DNA of 64,000 nt from Vulcanimicrobiota bacterium. GTDB taxonomy: Bacteria; Vulcanimicrobiota; Vulcanimicrobiia; Vulcanimicrobiales; Vulcanimicrobiaceae. The position numbers were made by a program, and so were the translations under genes. The stretch lies in NCBI GenBank assembly GCA_963820825.1, contig CAWGBN010000009.1, forward strand, positions 224,001 to 288,000. Direction: 5' to 3'. How positions within the stretch are numbered: position 1 is the stretch's first letter; each line of letters begins with the position of its first letter. A model generated the notes under the pieces. It made no database searches. It was not told the DNA's origin and was given only the letters and a program-made list of their open reading frames with translations. Positions 28,749 to 39,226 of this stretch are shown here, piece after piece.

Positions 28749-30142
28749 TCCAGCTCGCCCTTCGTCGCCGCCTCCGGCGGCCAGACGGCGCGCAGCACCG
28801 CTTTGAAGCGCGCGCGCTTGGCGATCGGCTCGAACAACGGCAGGGTACGCAGCATCAACAATGCGGGCTCGCGATGTTTCAATCCGCGCTCGAGATGTTC
28901 GAGCGCCTCTTCGAGCCGGCCCAAGCCGACCGCGACCGTCGCGAGGTTGAAACCGACGACGTACTCGGTCCGCGCCAACTCCAGAAGCGTTTGATAGATC
29001 GCTGCCGCGCGATCCGTGTCGCCGCAATCGGCGTACGCGCGGGCGAGCAGCGGCAACCGTATCGCGATGTCCTCGGCGCGATCGTGCGGGAGCAGCAGCA
29101 GATCGGCAAGCGCCTCGGCCGGCTGCCCGTTCAGAATGAAAGCCTGCGCGCGGTGACGCCGCGCGATAAAGAAATCGGGACCCGTCTCGATGAGGTTCGA
29201 AAACGCGTCGATCGCGCGCTGATACGCTCCGGCATGCAAAAAGAGCCGCGCCAAAAAGAGCTGCGGTACCGGCGACGACGGGTCGACCTGCAAGGCACGC
29301 TGCATCTGGCGCAGCGGATGGTCGCCCGAGCCCTTGCACATGTAGAACCACGCCGCGTCGATGTAAACCGAGGCCGATTTCGGGTTCGAGCGAATCGCCG
29401 TTTCGATCTCGCGCTCGGCCTCGGCCCAGTTCCAGTCGCATAAGAGAAGGATGCCTAGCGTCGCGCGCGCTTCCGGTGACGACGGATCGATCTCGAGCGC
29501 GCGGACGATCGCGGCCTTCGCCCTGGGAAACGTGAAGGAGCTGGGAGCGTACCAGTATCCGGCCATCAGCGCGTGCGCGCGAGCCAATCCAATCAGCGCC
29601 GGAACGTAGGAGCTCTCGACGCGCAGGGCCGCTTGGAACTGTTCGGCGGCAGCGGCGAGTGCGCTCGCGGTTCGTTTTTCGAGCAGGTAAGCACCGCGGC
29701 AATAATGATGGAGCGCTTCGGGCGCGCCGTCGAGGAGTACGTCGGCGATACCCTCCGCCGGAACCGTCAGCTCGGCAACCTGCGCCGGCGCCACCACGCT
29801 GACCGGAGCGACGAATCGGTATCCCTTCCCGCGCACGGTCATGACGTAGGCGCGATCCCGCGCCCGTTCGTCGAGGAGCTGGCGCAGCATGTACATATGC
29901 TGCGAGAGATTACCGTCGCTCACCGCGCTCTCGGGCCAGACCCGCGACGCGATCGTCTCTTTGTCGATGACGTCGCCGTTGGCATGAATCAACAGGCCGA
30001 GGAGTCGCGCCAAACGCTCCGGCAACGGCACGACCGAGGCACCGTGCGAGAGCAGACCGCGCGCGGGATCGAAGCGAAACGAGCCAAATGCATAGACCGG
30101 CGCCCGCGCGACGTACGGCTGCATCTCCGGTTGCCAGTTCAT
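28724..30142 (-). CDS. OmpR-type winged-helix plus TPR transcriptional regulator
   Basis: N-terminal FGSFRFD...VWP...NLSQHMYMLR...TVRGKGYRF followed by TPR helices. Confidence 0.88.
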   Translation of the reverse strand: MNWQPEMQPYVARAPVYAFGSFRFDPARGLLSHGASVVPLPERLARLLGLLIHANGDVIDKETIASRVWPESAVSDGNLSQHMYMLRQLLDERARDRAYVMTVRGKGYRFVAPVSVVAPAQVAELTVPAEGIADVLLDGAPEALHHYCRGAYLLEKRTASALAAAAEQFQAALRVESSYVPALIGLARAHALMAGYWYAPSSFTFPRAKAAIVRALEIDPSSPEARATLGILLLCDWNWAEAEREIETAIRSNPKSASVYIDAAWFYMCKGSGDHPLRQMQRALQVDPSSPVPQLFLARLFLHAGAYQRAIDAFSNLIETGPDFFIARRHRAQAFILNGQPAEALADLLLLPHDRAEDIAIRLPLLARAYADCGDTDRAAAIYQTLLELARTEYVVGFNLATVAVGLGRLEEALEHLERGLKHREPALLMLRTLPLFEPIAKRARFKAVLRAVWPPEAATKGELDYSRVATG

Positions 30143-30353
30143 TAACTTTCAAATGTTTATCAACGCTCGATTGTGACGCGCAACCAGCACGTTGCGCGCA
30201 AGCGTGAACGTTCTTGATGCGAAAGTCGCGCGAACGGCGTCTCTTTCAACACATATCAAAAGGTCGCACTCGCGACGTTTCGTGAAGCCGAGACGAACGC
30301 GCCGATAAAGGCGCTACAACTCGGATTACATCGAGAGGAAAATAACTCAATCA

Positions 30354-33300
30354 ATGAGAGTGCAACGAACGATCCGTTGCGCGACCGCAGCCGTTATGCT
30401 ACTAGGCATCTTCCTCTGCCAGGAAACTTGGGCACTGGCGGGAGTCACCGGTAACATCGCAGGCACCGTTCGCGACAACACCGGAGCCCCCGTTGCCGGC
30501 GCAAGCGTACAAGCAACCTCCGTCTCGCAGGTCGCCAAGACGACGACCGACGCGCACGGACACTTCGTATTGCTCGCACTCGTACCGGATACGTACACGA
30601 TCACCGTCGCCAAAGAAGGCTATCAGCCGACCTCGTTTCCGGGCAACTCGGTCTTTGCCGATCAGACCCAGCAGGTCGTCTTTACACTTGCGAAGACGCT
30701 CAAGACGATCGTGCGCGTCACCTCGCAGGCCGGCGCGTCGCTCGTAAAGTCCGGCGTCGGCGGCGACATCTACAGCGTCAATGCCGCGCAAGCGGCCGCA
30801 GCCGCGACGCTGGGCGGCGGCGGAAGCCTGCAAAGCGCCTATTCCGCAATGGCCTCGGTACCCGGCGTTCTCGTCGGTATCGGCCAGATGGGCTGGATGC
30901 AGCCGACCTTCATTCGCGGACAGAACACGTACTACACGGGCTTCGAGTACGACGGCATTCCCGTCAACCGGGCCTTCGACAATTACAACACCTCGACCGA
31001 ATCGAGTCTTGGCTTGCAAGAGCTGCAAGTCTACACCGGCGGCGGTCCCGCGTCGATCTCGACGTCGGGCACCTCGGGTTTCATCAATCAAGTGATCAAG
31101 ACCGGAACCTATCCGGGCTACGGAAGCTTTAGCGGAACGATCGGCACGCCGACCTTCTACCATCAAGCCGAAGTCGAAGCCGGCGGCTCGACGCCCGACC
31201 GGAACTTTTCCTATTACGTCGCGCTCTCCGGCTACAATCAAGCGTTCCGCTTTCTCGACAACCAGAACGGAACGAGCCTCGCCTCGATGCCCGGACCGGA
31301 GGCGCTCTACGCCGGCGGCGGCCCGATCAGCCAGGGCGTCACCGCGCTCTGCAACGACGTGACGGGTGCACCGCCCGCGGTCTATAGCCAAATGCCGTGG
31401 GGCAACGGCGGGTGCTTCATCGGCCTCAGCGGTATCGCCGCGGTCGTGAACCTCATCACCGACCGCGAAAACATCATCAACCTGCACTTCGGCATCCCGC
31501 AGAAGAACGGGCTGCGCGACGACATTCAGGCGCTCTGGAGCGCCTCCGCGCTCAATACCTACAACTACGACACGCCGTCGCAGCTCGGCGTCTATCCCTA
31601 CACCTTGATCAACACGGGGTTGCCGTATTGCACGAACCAGGCCGGATGCACCGGCGGCGTCTACGGCAGCGGAAAGTATCCGTATAATCCCGGCGTGCCG
31701 TGGCTCGACAGCATCGTCTACAACAAGCCGTTCGGCACGTCGATCGCATCGAGTCCGACGAGCATTACCCCACCGAACAACTACTACTTTCCGTCGAGCC
31801 CGTCGAATCGGGCCCTCTTCGCGCCGGCTCCGCTCAATGCGGGAACGACGCTCAACAACGATACCGGCATCGAAAAGCTCCAGTACACGCATGCGTTGAG
31901 CAGCAGCGCCTATCTACGGGTCTTCGGCTATTCGTTCTACTCGGATTGGCTGATCAACTCGCCCGAAGCACTCGCCTTGGCACAAGGCGCATACGACTAC
32001 GAGCTCGATACGCACACCGCCGGCGGCGAGCTCCAGTTCTCGGACCAAATTACCGACAAGAATCTGCTCACCTTCACGACCAACTATACGACTGCGAACG
32101 TGATGCGATTCAACAACGGCACCGTCGGCGCGGTCTCGCCGATCGGGTACTGGTCGGGATCGGGCTCGTCGATGACCTGCCGCAATCCATCGAGCGGCAG
32201 CACCGTGCCCTGCTCGCCGAGCAGCTATTGGGATACCGCAAGCGGCGGCCTCGTCAATCCATCCTGCGCGAGCGCGTATCCCTCGGCAGCATGCTGGACG
32301 AGCAACGCGGCGAGCGGACCGACCGGCTTCGCGCCGGGGTCGAAAGCGACGTGGAACACGCTGTGGTCGGGCGAGGTTACCGGTTCGCTGAACACCGTGC
32401 TTCCCAAATTCACGTCGGTCTCGCTTACCGACCAGTTCAGACCGAGCGACAAGTTCATGCTCGACGGGGGCATCCGTTTCGACAACTACACATACGACCT
32501 GCCCACCTCGGCGAATCCGGCGACGGAATTCTACGCAAACGTCATGGCAAACTACACCTGCTACAACGTCTTGACGCACCAGCTCTTGACCGAACCCATC
32601 ACCCCGTCGCTCGCTCCGCCGATTCCGCCTCCGCCCTTCTACGTCAACGGTGACTGCAACACGGCGGTCGATCAATCCGAGCAGACCAGCGGCGTTAAGG
32701 GATGGGTGCATCCCAATGGAAAGACCCAGGACGGTTTCGCGGCGCCGAGGTTTACCGCGAACTCGCCGAACTCGTACGGCCTTAGCTACTGGTCGCCACG
32801 CATCTCCGGCACGTACACGCAATCGCCCGACACCGTCTGGCGCGCGTCGGCAGGGCGTTTCGTACAGCCGCCGCTCTCGGCCTCGGTCCAATATCTATCG
32901 GCAAGCGGCGACAACCGAAGCGTCTGGGCGTCGAGTATGAATCTCGGGTACTTCACCCCGTTTCATCCGATCCCGGGCATCTCGTCGGGTCAGTACGACC
33001 TCTCGCTGGAGCGTCACATTCGCGGAACGGATTGGAGCTTCAAACTAACGCCGTTCTTCTCCGACGTAACGAACTGGCAGACGCAGGTCTTCATCGGACG
33101 CGGATTCGTTACGCAGATCCCGTACGGCGAAGCGGAGAATATGGGCGCCGAGTTTCAGATCAGCAAAGGCGACTTCAGCCGCAACGGCTGGTCGGGCCAA
33201 GCCTCCGTCACCTATACGAATGCGATCGTGCAGTTCCAAGGACTGGGCGGCGCGCCGAACCAGATCTCCGTGCTCAATAACGCCGTCAGCTACTTCAACG

Positions 33301-34166
33301 CGCTGACCAAGGCGGGGGGAGGCTCTCCGTGCTACACGCCCGCAAACGCCACGACCGGCAAGTTCGGCCGCGGAACGACGCACTGCGGGTCGGGATCGGC
33401 GAACATCCTCAATCCGTACTACAACATGTCGCCGCAGCCGTTGGAGAGCCAGTCGGCGTGGTACCCGGTTCCGAACATCGGCGTCGGCCCGAGTCTGAAC
33501 TACATTCCGAACCTCTATCAAGCTCCGTGGGTCACCAGCTTGCTCCTCAACTACCGTCACAACGGGTTGGCGATAACGCCGAGCCTTCAGTTCGACTCGG
33601 GATCGCGCTACGGCGAACCGATGGACATCATCGGCGTCGATCCGCGCTCCTGCGCGGCGAACTCGCTGACGAGCAAGGTCCCGGGAGCCGGCGTCTCGTT
33701 CCCGGCGACGCAGTGCAACTACACCAGCGCGATCGCGCCCGGCGCGAGTCCGTACGGGTACCTCTACATACCGAATCCACAGACCGGCACGTTCGCCAAC
33801 TTCGGCCAATACGTGGCCCCGAGCATCATCGTCGGAAATATCTCGCTGAGTTACGACCTCAATCCCAAGATCCGCTTGCAGGTAACGGCGACGAACCTCT
33901 TCCACGACTGCTTCGGCGGCTCGGTGGAACCATGGACGCGCGCCTATCCGGCGGGCGGGAATGTCTGCAGTTACATCCCGCAAGGAAATAACTTCGACAA
34001 CCTCTACGTCTCGAATTTCTACAACGGCACCGGCCCGAACGATAAAAAGGCCAACGGCATCACTCCACAGCCGTGGCAACTCCAATCGTACGGTCCCGGA
34101 AACGGGCTCTTCAACGTCATCCCGCCACCGCTCAACATCTACCTCGGACTGCAACTCAAGATCTAA
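30354..34166 (+). CDS. TonB-dependent receptor-like outer membrane protein with N-terminal carboxypeptidase-regulatory-like domain
   Basis: Signal peptide; GTVRD..GAPVAGASV; plug YDGIPVN and SGFINQVIKTG; SPRISGTY; amphipathic terminal strand YLGLQLKI. Confidence 0.85.
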   Translation: MRVQRTIRCATAAVMLLGIFLCQETWALAGVTGNIAGTVRDNTGAPVAGASVQATSVSQVAKTTTDAHGHFVLLALVPDTYTITVAKEGYQPTSFPGNSVFADQTQQVVFTLAKTLKTIVRVTSQAGASLVKSGVGGDIYSVNAAQAAAAATLGGGGSLQSAYSAMASVPGVLVGIGQMGWMQPTFIRGQNTYYTGFEYDGIPVNRAFDNYNTSTESSLGLQELQVYTGGGPASISTSGTSGFINQVIKTGTYPGYGSFSGTIGTPTFYHQAEVEAGGSTPDRNFSYYVALSGYNQAFRFLDNQNGTSLASMPGPEALYAGGGPISQGVTALCNDVTGAPPAVYSQMPWGNGGCFIGLSGIAAVVNLITDRENIINLHFGIPQKNGLRDDIQALWSASALNTYNYDTPSQLGVYPYTLINTGLPYCTNQAGCTGGVYGSGKYPYNPGVPWLDSIVYNKPFGTSIASSPTSITPPNNYYFPSSPSNRALFAPAPLNAGTTLNNDTGIEKLQYTHALSSSAYLRVFGYSFYSDWLINSPEALALAQGAYDYELDTHTAGGELQFSDQITDKNLLTFTTNYTTANVMRFNNGTVGAVSPIGYWSGSGSSMTCRNPSSGSTVPCSPSSYWDTASGGLVNPSCASAYPSAACWTSNAASGPTGFAPGSKATWNTLWSGEVTGSLNTVLPKFTSVSLTDQFRPSDKFMLDGGIRFDNYTYDLPTSANPATEFYANVMANYTCYNVLTHQLLTEPITPSLAPPIPPPPFYVNGDCNTAVDQSEQTSGVKGWVHPNGKTQDGFAAPRFTANSPNSYGLSYWSPRISGTYTQSPDTVWRASAGRFVQPPLSASVQYLSASGDNRSVWASSMNLGYFTPFHPIPGISSGQYDLSLERHIRGTDWSFKLTPFFSDVTNWQTQVFIGRGFVTQIPYGEAENMGAEFQISKGDFSRNGWSGQASVTYTNAIVQFQGLGGAPNQISVLNNAVSYFNALTKAGGGSPCYTPANATTGKFGRGTTHCGSGSANILNPYYNMSPQPLESQSAWYPVPNIGVGPSLNYIPNLYQAPWVTSLLLNYRHNGLAITPSLQFDSGSRYGEPMDIIGVDPRSCAANSLTSKVPGAGVSFPATQCNYTSAIAPGASPYGYLYIPNPQTGTFANFGQYVAPSIIVGNISLSYDLNPKIRLQVTATNLFHDCFGGSVEPWTRAYPAGGNVCSYIPQGNNFDNLYVSNFYNGTGPNDKKANGITPQPWQLQSYGPGNGLFNVIPPPLNIYLGLQLKI

Positions 34167-34181
34167 AATCGTTCGTGCCCC

Positions 34182-34207
34182 GGGCCCGCTCGACCGCGGG
34201 CGGGCCC
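34182..34207 (+). terminator. GC-rich hairpin after the receptor gene (terminator or stabiliser)
   Basis: GGGCCCGCTCG-ACCG-CGGGCGGGCCC; no clear T tract. Confidence 0.45.
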
Positions 34208-34255
34208 TACCCTCTGCTTCCGTCACAAGCCTCACGAGCGGGGCGTTACGCGCAT

Positions 34256-35338
34256 ATGAGGCTCTCTGTGCGCGTCTGGGCGGCCGCGGCGGCCTGCTTC
34301 GTCGTCTCCCTCGTCTCGCTTCCGCAATCGGCGATTCCCGCATCGTCGAGTCAAATGCCGAGTTTCGATGGCAACGTCGGCTGGATCAACAGCGATCCGC
34401 TGACGCCCGAGCAACTTCGCGGTAAGGTCGTGCTCGTCGATTTTTGGGAGTATACCTGCATCAACTGCCTGCGGACGCTCCCGTATCTGCGCGAGTGGTA
34501 CCGGCGCTATCGCGATAAGGGATTCGTTATCATCGGAATCCACACGCCGGAGTTCGGATTCTCGGGACAGCGCGCGAACGTGGAGGCGGCCGCCAAGCGG
34601 CTCGACGTCACCTGGCCGGTCGTGCTCGACAGTAAGTACGCCGTCTGGAAGCGCTACGACAACGCGATCTGGCCCCACGAGTATCTCTACAACCAGAACG
34701 GGGAGCTCGTCGAGAGCGTTCTCGGCGAGGGTGTCTACCAGCAGACGGAGGCGCGCATTCAAACGCTGCTGCGGGCCGGAAATCCGAAGCTCGTCCTTCC
34801 GCCAGTCATGGCGCTGCTTCCCCAGGATAGCTACGACAAGCCGGGAGCGGTCTGTTATCCGAAGACCGACGAAATTCTCGTCGGGCATCAGGGCGTCGCC
34901 GACCCGGCATCGGGCGAACCCGGTCGGAACGCGAACTACGTCGGGAATACGAGCGATCCGAAGGACGGCGAGGTCTACCTTCAGGGTTACTGGCGGCTCA
35001 CGCCGCAGGCGGCCGTTTCGGCTGAGAGCAGCGGCTCGCTAACGCTGCGCTATCACGCCATTCAGCTCGTCGCCGTGATGAAGCCGGAGAACGGCGGCTC
35101 GACGCGCGTGGACGTTATGCAAGACGGGCACCCCGTTGCCAAGAGCGACGCCGGAAGAGATATTCGCTACGACGACCACGGGACGTCGTACGTCACCGTC
35201 AACGCGCCGCGAGCGTACGATCTCATCATGAACGAGCACTTCGGAACCAAGACGCTACAGCTTTCCCCCAAGGGCGATGGCGTGGGCTTTTACGATTTCG
35301 CCTTCGAGTCGTGCGAGGTACCCGGCAGCAAAGGGTAG
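34256..35338 (+). CDS. Exported thioredoxin-like redoxin (DipZ C-terminal-like)
   Basis: Signal peptide; GKVVLVDFWEYTCINC, GIHTPEF. Confidence 0.87.
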   Translation: MRLSVRVWAAAAACFVVSLVSLPQSAIPASSSQMPSFDGNVGWINSDPLTPEQLRGKVVLVDFWEYTCINCLRTLPYLREWYRRYRDKGFVIIGIHTPEFGFSGQRANVEAAAKRLDVTWPVVLDSKYAVWKRYDNAIWPHEYLYNQNGELVESVLGEGVYQQTEARIQTLLRAGNPKLVLPPVMALLPQDSYDKPGAVCYPKTDEILVGHQGVADPASGEPGRNANYVGNTSDPKDGEVYLQGYWRLTPQAAVSAESSGSLTLRYHAIQLVAVMKPENGGSTRVDVMQDGHPVAKSDAGRDIRYDDHGTSYVTVNAPRAYDLIMNEHFGTKTLQLSPKGDGVGFYDFAFESCEVPGSKG

Positions 35339-36594
35339 ATCGCATCGAGCGACGCGGCAATGGCGTCGAGCGTCTCGGTTACGTCGCGCTCGGAGTGCGC
35401 GGTCGAGACGAACATCACCTCATTTTGCGACGGCGGGAGCAGAATGCCGCGCTCGAGCATGGCCCGGTAGTAGGCCGCATAGGCGCGCCGGTCGGCGCGC
35501 CGGGCATCGTCGAAATCTCGATTCGGTGCGCCGGGGCGAAACTTGAAATCCACGATCGATTCTTGCGCGACCACCGCATACGGCAAGTTCCGGCGGGCGA
35601 GGATCGAGCGGATTCCCTCCGCGAGCTGCTTGCCGAGCCGGTCCATCGCCGCGTAATACTCCGGATGCGACTCGAGGAGATCGAGAACGCGGTGCGCCAT
35701 CGCAACGCAGAACGGATTGCCGCCGTGGGTGCCCCCGGTAAACGTCTGGCCGCGCGGGGCGAGCACCGCCATGATCGCCTCGCGGCCGCCGAATGCGGCG
35801 ATCGGCGCACCGCCGCCCACGATCTTGCCGAGCGCGGTGAGATCGGGCGTAACGCCGAGCCGCCCTTGCGCCCCCGTTAAGCCGAACCGCAGCCAAGTGA
35901 TCACCTCGTCGAAGATCAGCACCGCGTCCAAGCGGCTCGCGCGCTCGCGCAATCCTTGCAGAAAGCCCGGCGCGGGCGGTACGAAGCCCATGTTCGCGCC
36001 GATCGGCTCGACCACGATCGCGGCCAAATCCGCGCCGATCTCGGTCAATAGCTCGTCGACCGAGCCGAGATCGTTATAACGCGCGACGGCGACGTCGCGG
36101 CGCGTTCCCTCGGGAATTCCGCTACGGCCGGCGCCCGCCGAGGCCCCCGCGTCGAGCAGCGCGAGATCGAAGTGCCCGTGATAGTTTCCCGCAAACTTCA
36201 AAATCGCCGAGCGCTCGGTGAAGGCGCGCGCGACGCGGATCGCGCTCATCATCGCTTCGGTGCCGCTCGTCACGAAGCGCATGCGCTCCATCGACGGAAG
36301 ATGGCCGCGAATGCGTTCGGCCAACCGAATCTCTTCGCCGTGCGTGCTTCCCCAGACGAATCCGCCGCTCGCCAGCGCGTCCAAACCGGTCGTTAGTGCC
36401 GGGTGGGTATGCCCGAAGAGCAGCGGCCCGTAGGCCATGACGTAATCGACGTATCGGCGGCCCTCTTCGTCGAACGCATACGCTCCGCGCGCCGAGGATT
36501 GAACGAACATCGGCGCGGAGACGCCCCAGCCCGAGCGCACGGGAGAATCGCAGCCGCCTGCGAGGACGCCGCGAGCGCGTTCGATAAGGTGCAT
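35290..36594 (-). CDS. hemL: Glutamate-1-semialdehyde 2,1-aminomutase
   Basis: GGCDSPVR, SGTEA, YHGH, FDEVIT, LGKIVGGG, PPSQNE. Confidence 0.9.
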   Translation of the reverse strand: MHLIERARGVLAGGCDSPVRSGWGVSAPMFVQSSARGAYAFDEEGRRYVDYVMAYGPLLFGHTHPALTTGLDALASGGFVWGSTHGEEIRLAERIRGHLPSMERMRFVTSGTEAMMSAIRVARAFTERSAILKFAGNYHGHFDLALLDAGASAGAGRSGIPEGTRRDVAVARYNDLGSVDELLTEIGADLAAIVVEPIGANMGFVPPAPGFLQGLRERASRLDAVLIFDEVITWLRFGLTGAQGRLGVTPDLTALGKIVGGGAPIAAFGGREAIMAVLAPRGQTFTGGTHGGNPFCVAMAHRVLDLLESHPEYYAAMDRLGKQLAEGIRSILARRNLPYAVVAQESIVDFKFRPGAPNRDFDDARRADRRAYAAYYRAMLERGILLPPSQNEVMFVSTAHSERDVTETLDAIAASLDAIYPLLPGTSHDSKAKS

Positions 36595-36629
36595 ACCGAC
36601 GCGCGATTCGAAGGTTCAACGGAGAAGCC

Positions 36630-37721
36630 ATGCCAGCCGCCGAGATCGAAATTTCCCCGCAGACGAACATCAAAGAGCTCGTCGTGCAGCTTCCCATTGC
36701 CGCCGAGGTCATGAACGCCTTTGGGCTGGGGTGCAGCGGCTGCGGCGTCAGCAAGTATGAAACGATCGAGCAAGGGGCGCGGGCGCACGGATTGCGAGCC
36801 GAACCGATCGTCGCCGCACTCGAGCAGGCGCGCCGCACTGGCAACCTTCCTACGATTCGCGAAGAGGACCGGCAGCCGGAACGGCGAGCGCCGGGGAGCT
36901 TCAGCGGACGCGCGCAGATCGCGCACGTGGTGCCGATTATGTCCGGAAAGGGCGGCGTCGGGAAATCGCTCGTCACCGCGCTGCTCGCGATCGGTCTGCG
37001 GCGGCGGCACTTTCGCGTCGGGATATTGGATGCAGATATCACCGGGCCGTCGATTCCCAAAGTATTCGGCCTGCACGAGCCGCTCTCGATTTCGGCCGAC
37101 CCCGTCAAGCGAACGCCGCGCGGAGAGCCGCAGCCGCTGATCGCGCCGGCCGTTTCGCGCAGCGCGATCGAGATCGTCAGCTCGTATCTACTCTCCGACA
37201 ACGAGGATACGGCGATGGTTTGGCGCGGTCCGATCGTTGCCGGCGTGATCCGCCAGTTCTACGAGCAGGTGACGTGGAGCGATCTCGACTACCTGCTCGT
37301 CGATCTGCCGCCGGGCACCTCGGATGCCCCTCTGACGGTCTTGCAATCGCTCTCGATCGACGGCGTCGTACTGGTGACCATGCCGCAAGCGCTCGCAACG
37401 ATGGTCGTGCGCAAGGCGGCGAATCTCGTCCATCAGCTCCAGAAACCGATTCTCGGCGTCGTCGAGAACATGTCGTACTTTGAGGCGCCCGACACCGGCA
37501 AGCGGTACGAGATCTTCGGGCCATCCTACGCGCAGCGGGTCGCCGAGCTCGCGCACGCGCCGGTCTTCGCGCGGATTCCCATCGATCCGGCGAAGGCCCG
37601 GCTCGCCGATGAAGGGCGCATCGAAGAGCTCGACGATCCGATCTGCGACGCGCTGTGCGAACGTCTGCTCGCCGCGATCGAAGCACATCCGAAGCCCAAG
37701 GAGACGATATCGATTGTCTGA
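36630..37721 (+). CDS. Mrp/ApbC (NBP35) ATPase with N-terminal DUF1858-like domain
   Basis: GLGCSGC...ETIEQGARAHG at the N-terminus; SGKGGVGKS, DADITGPS, WRGP, DLPPGT, ENMS. Confidence 0.9.
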   Translation: MPAAEIEISPQTNIKELVVQLPIAAEVMNAFGLGCSGCGVSKYETIEQGARAHGLRAEPIVAALEQARRTGNLPTIREEDRQPERRAPGSFSGRAQIAHVVPIMSGKGGVGKSLVTALLAIGLRRRHFRVGILDADITGPSIPKVFGLHEPLSISADPVKRTPRGEPQPLIAPAVSRSAIEIVSSYLLSDNEDTAMVWRGPIVAGVIRQFYEQVTWSDLDYLLVDLPPGTSDAPLTVLQSLSIDGVVLVTMPQALATMVVRKAANLVHQLQKPILGVVENMSYFEAPDTGKRYEIFGPSYAQRVAELAHAPVFARIPIDPAKARLADEGRIEELDDPICDALCERLLAAIEAHPKPKETISIV

Positions 37722-37749
37722 AGCGTCGCGGCGGGTAGAATGAGCCATC

Positions 37750-38022
37750 ATGGCAGGCAAGTACTGGTCGAAAGCGGTTACCGAGCAGAGCAACGCGCTC
37801 GAACTGGGTCGGGACGTCTTTGCGCAGACGGATCCCAAAGCGATCGCACGCTCGTTGAAGCGATCGGCGGATCGAAGCCGGCGCCGCAAGAGCTCTCCGT
37901 ATCGCGCGGCGATGTCGATGCTGACGTTTTACATCAACCGCGCCGGCAAGAATCTCCCGAAAAAGCAGCTCAAAGTGCTCGAAGCGGCAAAGGGCGAGTT
38001 GCGCGCCGCCTACGGACGATAG
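37750..38022 (+). CDS. DUF3175-like small basic protein
   Basis: WSKAVTEQSNAL, IARSLKRSA, AMSMLTFYINRAGKNL. Confidence 0.8.
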   Translation: MAGKYWSKAVTEQSNALELGRDVFAQTDPKAIARSLKRSADRSRRRKSSPYRAAMSMLTFYINRAGKNLPKKQLKVLEAAKGELRAAYGR

Positions 38023-38041
38023 CTTTGCGCGAGCGCGGGCA

Positions 38042-39226
38042 ATGAACGTCCGCAAGCTGTTTTTGGGCGCCGGCACCGGACTCGCCGCGGGCTACGCGGC
38101 GCTGCGCGCGATGCAGGCAGTGCGCGAGTGGCAGCGGCCGTCGCCGGCGCGAACGCCCGACGCGGTGGCGTACGGCGCGATCCGCCGGAGGCTCGAAGTC
38201 GCCGAGACGCTGCGGGGAACGATCGGTTTTCTCGCCTTCGCTTACGGTCCGCTCGCGCGAAGGCTCGACAGCGTCACCCACGGCGTGCCGGCCTGGCTGC
38301 GGCCGGCACTCTTCTTCGCACCGCTCTCGCTCGTCTCGTCGGCCGCCGATCTTCCGATATCGTTCGTTGCGGAGTACACGCTCGAGCGGCGCTTCGGTTT
38401 GAGCGAGCAGACGCGACGCGCGTGGCTGGGCGAGTACGCAAAGAGCGCGCTACTCGGTACGGCCTTGAGCGCTTTCCTCGCGACGCTGCTCGGCGAGGCG
38501 CTCCGCCGGGCGCCGCGCCGTTGGCCGTGGCTCGCGAGCCTCGGCACGCTGCCGCTCCTCGTCGCGGGCAACGTCATCGTACCGCTCTACGTGCTCCCGC
38601 TCTTCAACAAGTTCGAGCCGGTGACCGGCTCGCTCGAAGAGCGTCTGCGCAAGCTCGCCAAGCGATTCGGCGTCGGCGACGCGGATATCTTACGAATGGA
38701 CATGAGCCGGCAGACGCGCAAGGCGAATGCCTTCGTGACCGGCATCGGACGAACGCATCGAATCGTGCTCGGCGACACGCTCATCGCAGCCTTTCCCGAG
38801 AACGAGACCGAGTTCGTCGTGGCGCACGAGCTTGGCCACTACGTCAACAAGGACACGTGGCGCATCATCGCGCTCGGCGAGGTCCTGGCGGCGACGCTCT
38901 TCTTCCTCGCCAACGCCGGCGCGTCGAAGCAGGTGCGCGAGGAACTACGCGACCGGCCGCTGCTGGTCGCACGTATATACGCGATCATGCTCGTCGCCAC
39001 GCAACTCTTTCGACCGCTGCTCTTCGCTTTCTCGCGTTCGCGCGAGTGGGCTGCCGACCGCTTCGCGATCGCCGCAACCCGCGACCCGGCGGCCGGCGCC
39101 TCCGCGTTCCGCCGGTTACGCGATCAGAATCTCGCCGACGAAGATCCGCCGGCCTGGTACGAGTTCTTCTTCGCTTCGCATCCGTCGCTGCGCGCGCGCA
39201 TCGCCGCGCTGGACCGCTCGGGCTAG
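38042..39226 (+). CDS. M48 (Ste24/HtpX-like) membrane metalloprotease
   Basis: ANAFVTG, HELGH, SRSREWAAD, SHPSLRARI. Confidence 0.92.
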   Translation: MNVRKLFLGAGTGLAAGYAALRAMQAVREWQRPSPARTPDAVAYGAIRRRLEVAETLRGTIGFLAFAYGPLARRLDSVTHGVPAWLRPALFFAPLSLVSSAADLPISFVAEYTLERRFGLSEQTRRAWLGEYAKSALLGTALSAFLATLLGEALRRAPRRWPWLASLGTLPLLVAGNVIVPLYVLPLFNKFEPVTGSLEERLRKLAKRFGVGDADILRMDMSRQTRKANAFVTGIGRTHRIVLGDTLIAAFPENETEFVVAHELGHYVNKDTWRIIALGEVLAATLFFLANAGASKQVREELRDRPLLVARIYAIMLVATQLFRPLLFAFSRSREWAADRFAIAATRDPAAGASAFRRLRDQNLADEDPPAWYEFFFASHPSLRARIAALDRSG

